Below the pieces are notes generated by a model. That model did not search any database. It was not told where the DNA came from and worked only from the letters and a program-made list of their open reading frames with translations. A stretch of 64,000 nt of DNA from a virus, in IMG/VR virus record IMGVR_UViG_3300039208_000165, positions 2,356 through 66,355 of that record; one strand, written 5' to 3'. Position 1 is the first letter of the stretch, and each line of letters opens with the position of its first letter. The position numbers were made by a program, and so were the translations under genes. This document shows, piece by piece, positions 8,026 to 17,323 of the stretch.

Positions 8026-9067
8026 TCTCTTCGACCGGAGTTTCTACCGGCTCCTCGACTACTTCCCCTGAAATAATACGTCGTAATTGCTCTTCTAGGG
8101 AGGATCTTAGGTCAGAATCTTTCTGCAAAGCTAATTTTGCCTTCTCTTTGCCCTGCCACTTGTGCTCTCCATAGGTGAGCCAAGCACCTCCCTTTTCAAT
8201 CAGACCCATATCAATACCAAGGTCGAGAAGCTCGCCGTCGGTATCGTATCCAAGGCCATAAATCAGGTCCACTTCTGCCTGTCGGAACGGAGCGGCTCTC
8301 TTATTCTTCACAACCTTGAACGTAGTCCGGTGACCGTAAAGCTCACCAGTGCCCGGATCCAGCAGCTTGCTTGCCTTGGACTGACCACCCCGCACCTCTA
8401 CTCTGTACGCAGCGTAGAAGGGCAGAGCCTTACCACCTGTGGTGGTCTCGGGGTTACCATAAGCTCCGATCTTGTTTCGGATCTGGTTGATGAAGATAAG
8501 TAGAGTGTTGGTCTTCTTGACCACCGGAAGAATCTTCTGAATACCGGCACTTAGTAGCCGTGCATGCAGTCCGATACTCGCTTGGTCATAATCAGCCTCT
8601 GTTCGGGCCTCAGGAACCAGTGCCGCCACACTGTCGATCATAACCACAGCAAATTCTCCGGTCTCCATCAAGCTCTGAGCGATGCTCAGGTTGGCCTCAC
8701 CCGTAGGTGCACCATCCACAACCAGAACCTGCTTCGGGGGTAGTCCAATCTGGACCAGAAGACTGGGGTCTAGGGAGTTCTCCGCGTCAACAATAGCACA
8801 CTTGTAACCCTGCTTACAGGCTTCAATCATCGTGCTGTAACCAAGGAAGCTCTTACCTGCCCCCTCGTGTCCGAAGATCTCTAGAATGAGTCCCCGCTCG
8901 AAACCACCACGGCCGACGGCGTTATCCAACCCCATACAACCGCTGGAGATATGCTCCCGGGTCTCTTCTGCGGACTCATCTAGCCACTTAATGACATGTC
9001 CGTAATCTTTCTCAATAGCCTTGGTCGCAACGTTGATACGACCCATGCTTTCCTTATCGCTTGCCAT
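7964..9067 (-). CDS. recA: RecA recombinase
   Basis: ISSGC..LD.AVG.GG..RG.I.EIFG; Walker A GHEGAGKS; IDSVAALVP; FINQIR.KIG..YG.PETTTGGKAL.FYA; KVVKNK.AAPF. Start moved to the ATG at 9067 after GGAG. Confidence 0.96.
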   Translation of the reverse strand: MASDKESMGRINVATKAIEKDYGHVIKWLDESAEETREHISSGCMGLDNAVGRGGFERGLILEIFGHEGAGKSFLGYSTMIEACKQGYKCAIVDAENSLDPSLLVQIGLPPKQVLVVDGAPTGEANLSIAQSLMETGEFAVVMIDSVAALVPEARTEADYDQASIGLHARLLSAGIQKILPVVKKTNTLLIFINQIRNKIGAYGNPETTTGGKALPFYAAYRVEVRGGQSKASKLLDPGTGELYGHRTTFKVVKNKRAAPFRQAEVDLIYGLGYDTDGELLDLGIDMGLIEKGGAWLTYGEHKWQGKEKAKLALQKDSDLRSSLEEQLRRIISGEVVEEPVETPVEESANDKPSSKKRTRKSASSAA

Positions 9068-9590
9068 ATAAATTCTCCAACATCTTCTGTCTTTTCTCAG
9101 CAGCCTTTTCAAAATCCCGCTGAGCGTACTCCCGATCGTAGATCTTATTGACCTCGGTAATAAACTCTTCGGTCTTTGCTTCTTCCACCTCAGAAACCTC
9201 GGCGTTCATGAAACTACAAATCCTGTCCATGATGGGACGCTGAGTTAGGATAGTGAGGTGGTTAATGGGTTCCCGGAGCTTCAAAAATCCTTCGTATTTG
9301 AAGAGCGCATCTACCAAAGCGGCTGCTTCTTTGATCGCATTCTTCTTACTAAGACCTAGCTTCATACGGGAACGTACTAAATCCGAAGCAATGATACCGT
9401 CCTGCTTCCAGTCGATGGAAGTAGGAAACTTTCGCTCCGGGTTATAGTAGAAACGGCGAGCATAGAAATACTCCACCAGTTTCCTAGTGGTATTAACCGA
9501 ATCTGTGTCCGGAAAATCCACTTTAATTACACGATAACCTCGATCTTTAAGAGTCTGAATAGCCTCTTCTTCATCGAAGTATAAGGACAT
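9054..9590 (-). CDS. Hypothetical protein (178 aa)
   Basis: Coupled to dnaN (TAATG overlap) and overlapping the recA start; no motif recognised. Confidence 0.75.
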   Translation of the reverse strand: MSLYFDEEEAIQTLKDRGYRVIKVDFPDTDSVNTTRKLVEYFYARRFYYNPERKFPTSIDWKQDGIIASDLVRSRMKLGLSKKNAIKEAAALVDALFKYEGFLKLREPINHLTILTQRPIMDRICSFMNAEVSEVEEAKTEEFITEVNKIYDREYAQRDFEKAAEKRQKMLENLYGKR

Positions 9591-10747
9591 TAGTCAACCT
9601 TCTTAAGGGTACAAACAAACGCCTTGAAATCCTCATCCTTGGGCGACTTCAGCAGGACACCACGAGCATCCTGAGTGAAGTAAAACTCAAACTCCTCACC
9701 CTTCAGCTGTCGCAGAGAATTCTGGAGCAGCATGGAGTCGAAGTGCAGAGTGAACGGTGCCGGGGTAGTGACTTCTAGATCAGAGCTTTCCGCTTCGCCG
9801 GTGATGCTGGAGGTGGAAAGACTTGCGGTCCCGGCCTCGGTAGCGTCAACAACTAGTCGGTGGCTCTTAGCGTCAACTGTCGGCTGCATTCCCTGGAGAA
9901 CAGACATGAAAGCGTCTCGCGGGAAAGTAGCAAGCTCCAGACCATCCGTATCCATGTACGAGGTGTAATCCGGGAAGCTAGTGCTGATCAGAGTACCTAC
10001 GAGAGTAGTACCACCAGTCTTAAGGAAGAACTGATCGTCGTCTACATACATGTCAACGAAGTCATAGGCAGGGTTGACCAGCTTGGAGGCTACGGTAGCA
10101 AACTTTAGCCCCAAAATGAAAGAGCCGCGAAGGCCATTGACCTCGGCGGCTCGTCTGAACTCTGCGATTTGGATGCCGTCTGTTGCGGCAAAAACGACTT
10201 CGTCGTCAGTAAGGGTAAGCTGAATGCAATTGAAGTGAAGCTTGGAAGCGTCCTTGGACGCAGCGTGGCTAACCTGAGAAAGACCGTCCATGAACTGGAA
10301 GGCCGGGAACTCAGTAGACATGTTGTCATCAAACTCCGGCGCTTCAATGAAGAAACCAGAGTTAAGAAGTGGGAAATTCCTTACGTGGTTCAAGGTCTTA
10401 CCCTCGGCCACACGATTACCGCCCTGAACCTTGAGGGTCTGCTTGGAAGTAGTCTCAAGCTTTACCGTATTAGGCTCGTTGTCGAACCCAAAATCCTCAA
10501 AAGTGGCGGAAACAGAACTGGAAACCGACCCTGCCTTAACGAGGGCCTCTCCCGATTCCTTAACTTTGGCGGGTACTTCTACACGTACCCCAAGGGTGTC
10601 ATCAGAAGAAGTAAAGACTGCGGTTTCACCTTCTGCGCGAACAAGGACGCCGGTCTTCTCTTCTGCGATAGCGGAGCTGGCAGGTGCAATTTCGTTGCAC
10701 GTGTTCAGCGCGCGCTTTAAATCTTGCGCAGCGATCTCAATCTTCAT
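9590..10747 (-). CDS. dnaN: DNA polymerase III beta subunit (sliding clamp)
   Basis: ~385 aa with three-fold pseudo-repeat. MKIEI...L..AL, LF..TDD, V.HAASKD.S+..FN.I, AATDG.Q.A, GT.IS..FPDY and F+...L...L match the beta-clamp pattern. Start at the ATG at 10747 after GGAGAGG. Confidence 0.9.
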   Translation of the reverse strand: MKIEIAAQDLKRALNTCNEIAPASSAIAEEKTGVLVRAEGETAVFTSSDDTLGVRVEVPAKVKESGEALVKAGSVSSSVSATFEDFGFDNEPNTVKLETTSKQTLKVQGGNRVAEGKTLNHVRNFPLLNSGFFIEAPEFDDNMSTEFPAFQFMDGLSQVSHAASKDASKLHFNCIQLTLTDDEVVFAATDGIQIAEFRRAAEVNGLRGSFILGLKFATVASKLVNPAYDFVDMYVDDDQFFLKTGGTTLVGTLISTSFPDYTSYMDTDGLELATFPRDAFMSVLQGMQPTVDAKSHRLVVDATEAGTASLSTSSITGEAESSDLEVTTPAPFTLHFDSMLLQNSLRQLKGEEFEFYFTQDARGVLLKSPKDEDFKAFVCTLKKVD

Positions 10748-10770
10748 ATGGACCTCTCCATTAGTAATAC

Positions 10771-10787
10771 GACAGGGGTATCCTGTC
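10771..10787. repeat. Inverted repeat GACAGG-GGTAT-CCTGTC in the dnaN leader
   Basis: Perfect 6-bp stem between the promoter and the dnaN SD. No U-tract follows on the coding strand. Confidence 0.6.
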
Positions 10788-10798
10788 TTTACGCTACA

Positions 10799-10827
10799 AC
10801 TATACGACATCTTCCCCGACTTGTCAA
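10799..10827 (-). promoter_or_regulatory. Sigma70-type promoter for the replication/recombination operon
   Basis: Minus strand TTGACA (10827-10822), 17-nt spacer, TATAGT (10804-10799), in the only sizeable gap between the structural and replication modules. Confidence 0.85.
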
Positions 10828-10830
10828 GAA

Positions 10831-13800
10831 TTATGTTGCTGTGGCAGTAACGATTATGTTGTTAGTACTCTGCTGTCTTGTCATGTGGTGCCCGTTTCCG
10901 GACTTATCTTGTAGAACGGAGAGCGTATCTCCGGCCTCGCCTAGTCTGTACCAGGCAGCGATATTGGAATAAGAGGCCAAAGCTCGGAGATCCGTCTCCG
11001 AAAGGCCATTGTTCCAAATAGCATCGATGTCGGCGGGGCTGAGAACCTTATCCCAAACAGCCACGGAATCAATCTCAGCCTGCCAGTGATCAACAATATT
11101 GTTCTGCCATCTTCCGGCAGCAATGGTGAATTCCGACCAGTCCTTTCTGGTACCGAACAGGGCCGGGGACTGAGCATTTAATGTACCATCCTGATAACTT
11201 CTAAGAACCCCGTCTGACTCATCCCAGGTAACAATCCAATTATACCACACAGTGGAGGTTGTGTCAGAAATAGAATTCAAATCTGCAGTAAACGCAGAAC
11301 CTCCAGTGTTAGCTACAGTGGCGTTAGTGCGATTATTAAAAGAGCTTGATAGTTTCTTAATGCGGAAAGACGGCTCGTTGCCTGCAGTCTGTGAAGAATT
11401 CCAAGCAGCGACTGGAATGTCAAATCCAGTACTGCCTACCCGACACGTAACCATGACGGAGAAGGAGCCAGTACCGGTAATAGGAACACCATTGTCACCA
11501 GTCGTAGTCCTGAAGTAAGTATTAGAAGAGGTAAACTCCATAGAAACATTGTTCCGCACAGGAATTACCTCAACGATAGCGTCATTCTGATCAACAGGAC
11601 CATTAATTACATCACCAGACTCTCCCTTACCGGACCGATCGGCAATAATTGGGTAGGATTCCTGGACGACAGTCTCATCGAAATCCCACCAAAGCTCTAG
11701 ATCAGTCGGGGAATAGTCTGTACCGGCCACTAGGAGGTCAGAATAACCCAGACCATAACTGAAAATCTCAGTTACCTCGTCGTCGGTGAGCGCGCGGCTC
11801 CAAATAGCCGTATCTTCATAGTTACCCCGTCCCCAGCCCCCAGACGGAGTGTCGGTGGATATGGTACCAATGTTAAAATCAGGATCCCCAGTACCGATTG
11901 TCACACCTGGGGTGGACTGGCCCTGTAGAACACCATTGATGTAAAACTTCAGAGTGGTACCGTCGAAACTGCCTACTAAGTGCAACCATTGCAGATTAGA
12001 AGTAAGCGTAGCGGAGTTGATGAAGTAAGAGTTCCATTGATTGAACCAGAATCTAATCTGGTTTGAATTTAACCAATAGAAACCAAACCCATCTTCCCAC
12101 GCACTGTAACTACCAGAGGCCCCTGCTATACTCTCGTAAAGATCTGGAGTGTGACCTCTCTGAGGCCGGAACCAAACAGAGACTGTAAATTCCGTACTGG
12201 CTGCAGAAATTCCTAAATCGCTGATAGGAGGGCCGTTCACATACTCCATCTCAGAATCGCTGCCCGTATTTAAAGCCAATCCGAATTCGTTATTGAAGAC
12301 CTGGAGAGCCGCAGAGAAATCATTGAACTTCCAGACCTTAGGAATAGTACTATTCAGGTCCCCATAACCACCAGTAGCGTTAGTGTACCCATACAGACTG
12401 CTGTCTTCCTGGAAACCGGACAGGGTTCCGGCCAAAGAAGAAGTCAAACTCCCTGTTGGGAAAATGAATGCCCGCAAATCTTCCCGAACAGCGTCGGATC
12501 CTGTAATGGAAGCTGGAAAATCTACAGGGAATACTCTGTTAACGAGTCCCGGCAAATCTCCGAAGGTTTCCTGAACAGATAGGGAAGCGGGAAGATTAAC
12601 CACCGCGCCTCGAACATTGAGTAAAGCGCGCATATCAGATTCCCCAGAAAGACCAATCACCGAAGCGATGCAGGCGCGCACCGCCTCGTCCAGGGAAGCG
12701 AAACCTTTAAGATTACCGATCCTACAAACGCGGCCTGCGGCGAAGTCTCCAAATAGTCCCGCAGCAATCTCCCGGAAGGATCTAATATTGAGCTTCCAGT
12801 CCTCTGTGCCGTCTCTAATGAAAGCCTCATCAGTACCATTGACGTAGAAATAATCAAGGAGCTGACCTTCCATCTGGAGGCGAATCTCCTGAACGTCAAA
12901 CTCACGGGTCGGTCTGAGTTCTACCGCATCAATCCTACTCACGGTGGGCTCAAAGCGTGGGAGCGGAATGGTAGGGTTGATGTAGGCAGAGAGATCAATG
13001 TTGGGGAATCCGGCTTCGATATATGCACCCAGATTCAATCCACGGAACGGGGAGAAGTTAACAGGGATAGTATCTGTGGTCAAGAACTTAACTGGTCGAT
13101 CGGCTCTAGGAGTAAAATTAACCGTAATAGAGTCCATCGTGTAGAAAATGTTGTCCGGGTTGATAGAAGCGGATAGGTTAGCCTCGATGAAAGACTGGAT
13201 GAAACCGCCCACATCCTTAGCGTGTTGAGCCTTAGCGTAAGCCGGAAGGAGAATATTAGCAGACCCGCCACCGCAAGCAGGATTACCAATTGTTGCTCTA
13301 AGATCAAAGGCGTTAAGCGTGCTAATGGTCAGAATAGCGGTAACAAAAGTCTCGGCTGCTCGGATAAACGCGCCCAGATCCGTACTCCCCGCCAAGGAAA
13401 GAATCACAGCACCTAGGTTCTTTAGATTCTCATTAGACTCAATACTGGCAGGGATATCTACCGAGTGTACTGGCTGGAATATAGCTGGAAGGAACGCATC
13501 GTTAACTCCCAAATCCCAAACATTGATGGCCGCAGGAATAGTAGTAGCTGAAAGGAAATTAATGGCTGCAGGTAGATCAAATTCTACCTCAAACTCCTTA
13601 CCGATAGTAGCTTTGAGGTCCGTATCTCCCGGCTGCAAGACATTCATCAATCCCACAAGATTGGTGTGATCACTATCTCCGGAGCCGACAGAAGCAATCA
13701 TGTCGTTGGGTCCGGGGTATTGGGCAGAAACAATGGCGTTCAGCAGCTCTTCCATCCTAGAAGACAACGCGGCTGGAAGATCCTTGTGGCTGGAAGCAAA

Positions 13801-14493
13801 ACCCTTGATGTTGGCAAACAGCTTGGGCTCACGAATACCAAGCATCTCTCCCGAAAGATCCTTGAACTGGAAACCACGGATAGAACCTGGAAGGTCGTTG
13901 AAGAATACAGGGACAAGGTATGCAGGGAGATCGTGTGGGGACCAGATGATTGCGCCGAGGTCAGGAGCATACTGGGAGAAGACCGAAGCGGGAAGGTTCG
14001 GGGCAGCAATACCAAGAATCTCTCCTCCCAAGTCCTCCTGAACAATCTGCAAGATAGCTGGCAGATCCAATCGAGCCAACTCACCAAAGATGTAAGCAGG
14101 GAGATCCTTCTCGAAGAGGCCGAAGACAATAGCTCCCAGATCGGGGAGGAAGGCCACCGGGAAAGTACATGCAGGCATATCGAAAGCGTTCTGAACACGC
14201 AGCAAAGCCTCAAGGTCCTGCTGACCTACCTGCATAACCCGCATGACCGCTTTCAGGTCAGGAAAGTTATAACAAATGGGCGGCTTACGTACAATACCTT
14301 CGATGATATTGAAGTCAGAAATGAAAGAGACCCCGTCCTGGTTCGCAGGAAATCTGGGGTCTCCGCCCACCACGGCCTGAATGTGAGGACCAGTATGGGC
14401 CTGGATGATAGATTTGATAATCCCACCACGGTCCTCACGGCCGGCATTATATAGGGCACTATTGTATGTATTCTGGTTATAGTTGCCGGCCAA
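10831..14493 (-). CDS. Virion fibre-like protein: D-L-x-A repeat shaft + two C-terminal LamG/ConA-like domains (1220 aa)
   Basis: TTG start after GGAG. About 35-40 short [DN]L[PG]A.[hydrophobic] repeats in the N-terminal ~740 aa, then two LamG-like domains (WLHLVGSFDGTTLKFYINGVLQ; WYNWIVTWD...YQDG; D.SGNG motifs). Confidence 0.75.
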   Translation of the reverse strand: MAGNYNQNTYNSALYNAGREDRGGIIKSIIQAHTGPHIQAVVGGDPRFPANQDGVSFISDFNIIEGIVRKPPICYNFPDLKAVMRVMQVGQQDLEALLRVQNAFDMPACTFPVAFLPDLGAIVFGLFEKDLPAYIFGELARLDLPAILQIVQEDLGGEILGIAAPNLPASVFSQYAPDLGAIIWSPHDLPAYLVPVFFNDLPGSIRGFQFKDLSGEMLGIREPKLFANIKGFASSHKDLPAALSSRMEELLNAIVSAQYPGPNDMIASVGSGDSDHTNLVGLMNVLQPGDTDLKATIGKEFEVEFDLPAAINFLSATTIPAAINVWDLGVNDAFLPAIFQPVHSVDIPASIESNENLKNLGAVILSLAGSTDLGAFIRAAETFVTAILTISTLNAFDLRATIGNPACGGGSANILLPAYAKAQHAKDVGGFIQSFIEANLSASINPDNIFYTMDSITVNFTPRADRPVKFLTTDTIPVNFSPFRGLNLGAYIEAGFPNIDLSAYINPTIPLPRFEPTVSRIDAVELRPTREFDVQEIRLQMEGQLLDYFYVNGTDEAFIRDGTEDWKLNIRSFREIAAGLFGDFAAGRVCRIGNLKGFASLDEAVRACIASVIGLSGESDMRALLNVRGAVVNLPASLSVQETFGDLPGLVNRVFPVDFPASITGSDAVREDLRAFIFPTGSLTSSLAGTLSGFQEDSSLYGYTNATGGYGDLNSTIPKVWKFNDFSAALQVFNNEFGLALNTGSDSEMEYVNGPPISDLGISAASTEFTVSVWFRPQRGHTPDLYESIAGASGSYSAWEDGFGFYWLNSNQIRFWFNQWNSYFINSATLTSNLQWLHLVGSFDGTTLKFYINGVLQGQSTPGVTIGTGDPDFNIGTISTDTPSGGWGRGNYEDTAIWSRALTDDEVTEIFSYGLGYSDLLVAGTDYSPTDLELWWDFDETVVQESYPIIADRSGKGESGDVINGPVDQNDAIVEVIPVRNNVSMEFTSSNTYFRTTTGDNGVPITGTGSFSVMVTCRVGSTGFDIPVAAWNSSQTAGNEPSFRIKKLSSSFNNRTNATVANTGGSAFTADLNSISDTTSTVWYNWIVTWDESDGVLRSYQDGTLNAQSPALFGTRKDWSEFTIAAGRWQNNIVDHWQAEIDSVAVWDKVLSPADIDAIWNNGLSETDLRALASYSNIAAWYRLGEAGDTLSVLQDKSGNGHHMTRQQSTNNIIVTATAT

Positions 14494-14494
14494 T

Positions 14495-14983
14495 TTAGTC
14501 TCCTGGTGTGATTAGTTGCTTTTCTAAATACCGTACAGCCCGCTCCAACAGGCTTGGGCTGTCTTGGAAATGCCCGAGACCTATATTACAAGTTCTGCAC
14601 AGAAGTCCTCTTACCTCCTGAGTGTCGTGATCGTGATCCACGTGAAGATCGGGGTAATTATCACCGCAAATTGCGCACTTTCCCGACTGTTTCTTGTACA
14701 TGGTCTCGTAATCTTCTAAGGTTATACCGTACCGAGTACGCAAAGCGGCGGTTTTGATTTTATCTGGATTAGATTTTGACCATTCTCTCTTGTATTCGTT
14801 CAGTCTGACACGATTATTCTTAGAGTATTCTCTACTCCTGCACCTCTCTCGCTCCAAGTTCTTCTTGTACCAGTTACGATTGTTACTACGGGCACAGGTT
14901 AAGCACTTCCTACGACCGTCAGGGTAGGTATAAGTATTATCCTCAGTAAACTCATGTCCTCTTCTACAGTGTGTCTTCTTCAT
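14495..14983 (-). CDS. Free-standing homing-type endonuclease (endonuclease VII/HNH family)
   Basis: N-terminal KTHCRRGHEFTEDNTY...CLTC motif; C-terminal YGIT..DY..M...Q.G.CAIC...LHVDHDH....RGLLC..CN.GLG.F.D (Endo VII-type). Inserted among structural genes. Confidence 0.88.
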   Translation of the reverse strand: MKKTHCRRGHEFTEDNTYTYPDGRRKCLTCARSNNRNWYKKNLERERCRSREYSKNNRVRLNEYKREWSKSNPDKIKTAALRTRYGITLEDYETMYKKQSGKCAICGDNYPDLHVDHDHDTQEVRGLLCRTCNIGLGHFQDSPSLLERAVRYLEKQLITPGD

Positions 14984-14985
14984 CT

Positions 14986-15471
14986 CTAATCACCGGGAGT
15001 AATAACGGAGAATTGTGGTAGTACTGGATAAACTCTCCTATTTTTCTCCGGGAACACACGCTCTCCTGCTCCAGAGAACACGACGGGGAATAGTCTTTGG
15101 TTGATATAAGTAGGTGGTACATAGGGGATCTCGCCTGCGCCCGCGCCGGGATAGAAATTCATGATCACAATGCCGCTGGTAGTGACCGGAGTACTTATAA
15201 TCTCAGTGTCGTCTTCGAAAGAAGGAACAAATCCTGCAGTTACTTCGAAGATAACCTCATTAAAATTAGTCAATAAGATACCAGAAGCGGGGGTATAAAG
15301 ACTGAGATCATTCATGATGAAGGGGATGTCGGAAGTTCGAACCGCAGAGCCTTCCGTAAACTCGGTCAGGGTTGCGACAACAGTTCCCCAATCGGAAGTA
15401 ACGGGGTCAAAGCTATTCGACCCGGAAACAATTACAATCCCGCTTGTGGTTGGCGGACTTTGACCAAACAC
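14986..15471 (-). CDS. Hypothetical virion protein (161 aa)
   Basis: GTG start; internal TTSGIVI duplication; five S-G motifs; ends ITPGD like the next gene. Confidence 0.7.
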   Translation of the reverse strand: MFGQSPPTTSGIVIVSGSNSFDPVTSDWGTVVATLTEFTEGSAVRTSDIPFIMNDLSLYTPASGILLTNFNEVIFEVTAGFVPSFEDDTEIISTPVTTSGIVIMNFYPGAGAGEIPYVPPTYINQRLFPVVFSGAGERVFPEKNRRVYPVLPQFSVITPGD

Positions 15472-15475
15472 GTCT

Positions 15476-16366
15476 TTAGTTCTTCCTTAAGAATAAGGTA
15501 GTAGAGCCTCCAAAAACGGCAAACTCCTGACCAGTGCCAGAAACTACAGCGGTCCCAAAAGGCGGCAATCCGGCGTTCTGATTGGCCCCTGCCCAAACAT
15601 GCCTAATCTGACCAATAACACCCTTACGAACAGGTGAAGCATCGTCTACTGTCCACAGTATGGGATTGGCTGTAAAAATAGCCTCCTGATTACCCAAACC
15701 CTGTCGAGGCTCCTGGGCACTAGTGAGGGCAATAGTCACCGTATCACCATCGGAAGATGTGGTAATAGTCTCCGGGGGATTATTCCCTACAATACCTAGA
15801 GCATTGTTTGAGACCGGGGTCATAGAGCCCGGGGAAAAAACAATAGCACCGTAGGGTTCCAATTCATCATCTAGATACTTATGAATCCTTCCTAGAAAAA
15901 CTACAGGAGTTACACTACCACTATGGTTATTTACCAACGCTACCTGATCCTTGTCCGCAGCGATCCAAAGCCTATTGTAACCATCGGCATCAACAGAGAA
16001 GGTCCTAAGTTGTGAAAGAGTGGTAGTGTTAGGGTTCTTAACTCCAGAAGCGGGAACTGTGTGAGAAACATTGTCGTAAGCCCCAGAAACTTGCATACCC
16101 ACGGTGGCAGCGTTCTGAGCAGCACTATTGCCCGAAGTCAGAGTGACATAAATATTAGGGCTGGTTCCCGATTCACCGCCCTCGTTGCGAAGTACAATCT
16201 TATGGGTGTTAGCCAAAACAGAGCTGCCTGCTTGAGATCTACGATCATCGTCGATCACCCAGCCAGCAGCCACCATCGTATCGGCCACAGCATCTAACAC
16301 GCTGGAGGCCCCAACGATCCCCGCATTCCCTCCTGAAATTGTAACTTCATTGTAACTAAAAACCAT
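15476..16366 (-). CDS. Virion structural protein, paralog of 16376-17323
   Basis: 296 aa; shares GW...DDR..Q.G, TLTSG and G..R..W.G blocks with the upstream gene. Confidence 0.75.
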   Translation of the reverse strand: MVFSYNEVTISGGNAGIVGASSVLDAVADTMVAAGWVIDDDRRSQAGSSVLANTHKIVLRNEGGESGTSPNIYVTLTSGNSAAQNAATVGMQVSGAYDNVSHTVPASGVKNPNTTTLSQLRTFSVDADGYNRLWIAADKDQVALVNNHSGSVTPVVFLGRIHKYLDDELEPYGAIVFSPGSMTPVSNNALGIVGNNPPETITTSSDGDTVTIALTSAQEPRQGLGNQEAIFTANPILWTVDDASPVRKGVIGQIRHVWAGANQNAGLPPFGTAVVSGTGQEFAVFGGSTTLFLRKN

Positions 16367-16375
16367 TTCTTCCTC

Positions 16376-17323
16376 CTAAGATTTTCTAACGATGAGACTG
16401 GGAGTGGTACTTGTGGACGCATGGGTGAAAGTCCTATATGTCTGCTCTCCAAAAGTACCAGAAGCTGTTAAAATAGACAGGTTAAGAAGGCGAGTAGCGT
16501 CTGCCCCCAACCAAGCACCACGTACCATGCCAGCAGCGCCCTTCCAGCCGGGAGACGTGGCGTCGTTATAGACTACCTGCATCGGGTATCCAAAGAAAAT
16601 AGAATCCACTGAATTAATACTGTAAGGCTGAACACCGTCCGCATATGACTGAGGGCTGGTCGATAGAACAGTAGTTTCGCTATTGTTAACAAACCCCCGG
16701 GGAGGCTGACCTCCGATAGAGCGGGGCGAGACCGTTCCCGCGGTGACAATGCCGGTACCGTTAGCTCCATTAATAAGCATGGGATAGGGATTTTCTTCCA
16801 CGGACATGAAGGAATCAAATCTACCAAAAGAAATGCTATCCATGGTCACAGAAGAGTTATTGGTGATCTCTCGGCGAGTAACTAAGTGAACCATCTCTGA
16901 ATCTCCCGCCATGTAAATCTCTGTGTTATCATCCTGGGATCTAACATTCAAAGAGGTGATAGTGTTAGGCATAGTGGTAGCCGCGCCTGTAGTAGTTCGG
17001 GCCCCACTAGCTGGTATACTATTAGTCCCCACATCATAAGCTGTATGGGCAGTAACTCCAAGAAGATTGCTATTAACCGTAGCAGAAGTTCCAGAGGTAA
17101 GGGTCATAAAGAAGGTGGGATATTCCCCGTTCTCCCCATTAGAAGAAAATACATACTTGTGAGTAGTCTCGATATTAGAGGACCCGGGCTGGCTAGACCT
17201 ATCGTCGACTAAAGTCCAACCGCAATTCTGCATGAAAGTAGAAATCTGCTCTAACGCCCCAGACACCCCCTCCACACCTTCGGCGGTTCCGTCAACCTTA
17301 ACCTCACTATACTGATAAACCAT
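16376..17323 (-). CDS. Virion structural protein, paralog of 15476-16366
   Basis: 315 aa; the start MVYQYSEV resembles MVFSYNEV, and the same blocks are conserved. Confidence 0.75.
   Translation of the reverse strand: MVYQYSEVKVDGTAEGVEGVSGALEQISTFMQNCGWTLVDDRSSQPGSSNIETTHKYVFSSNGENGEYPTFFMTLTSGTSATVNSNLLGVTAHTAYDVGTNSIPASGARTTTGAATTMPNTITSLNVRSQDDNTEIYMAGDSEMVHLVTRREITNNSSVTMDSISFGRFDSFMSVEENPYPMLINGANGTGIVTAGTVSPRSIGGQPPRGFVNNSETTVLSTSPQSYADGVQPYSINSVDSIFFGYPMQVVYNDATSPGWKGAAGMVRGAWLGADATRLLNLSILTASGTFGEQTYRTFTHASTSTTPSLIVRKS

Noticed and set aside
10771-10787. Intrinsic terminator between the structural and replication modules
   Set aside because: The stem is short, has no U-tract on the coding strand, and lies downstream of the promoter. 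It is kept only as a possible regulatory palindrome.
13666-14454. Long + strand ORFs (e.g. 13666-14454, 27885-28586, 32406-33065, 41918-42850) and the other + strand track ORFs
   Set aside because: They are antisense shadows of long minus-strand genes, with no recognisable motifs or SD context. The minus strand is already fully tiled.
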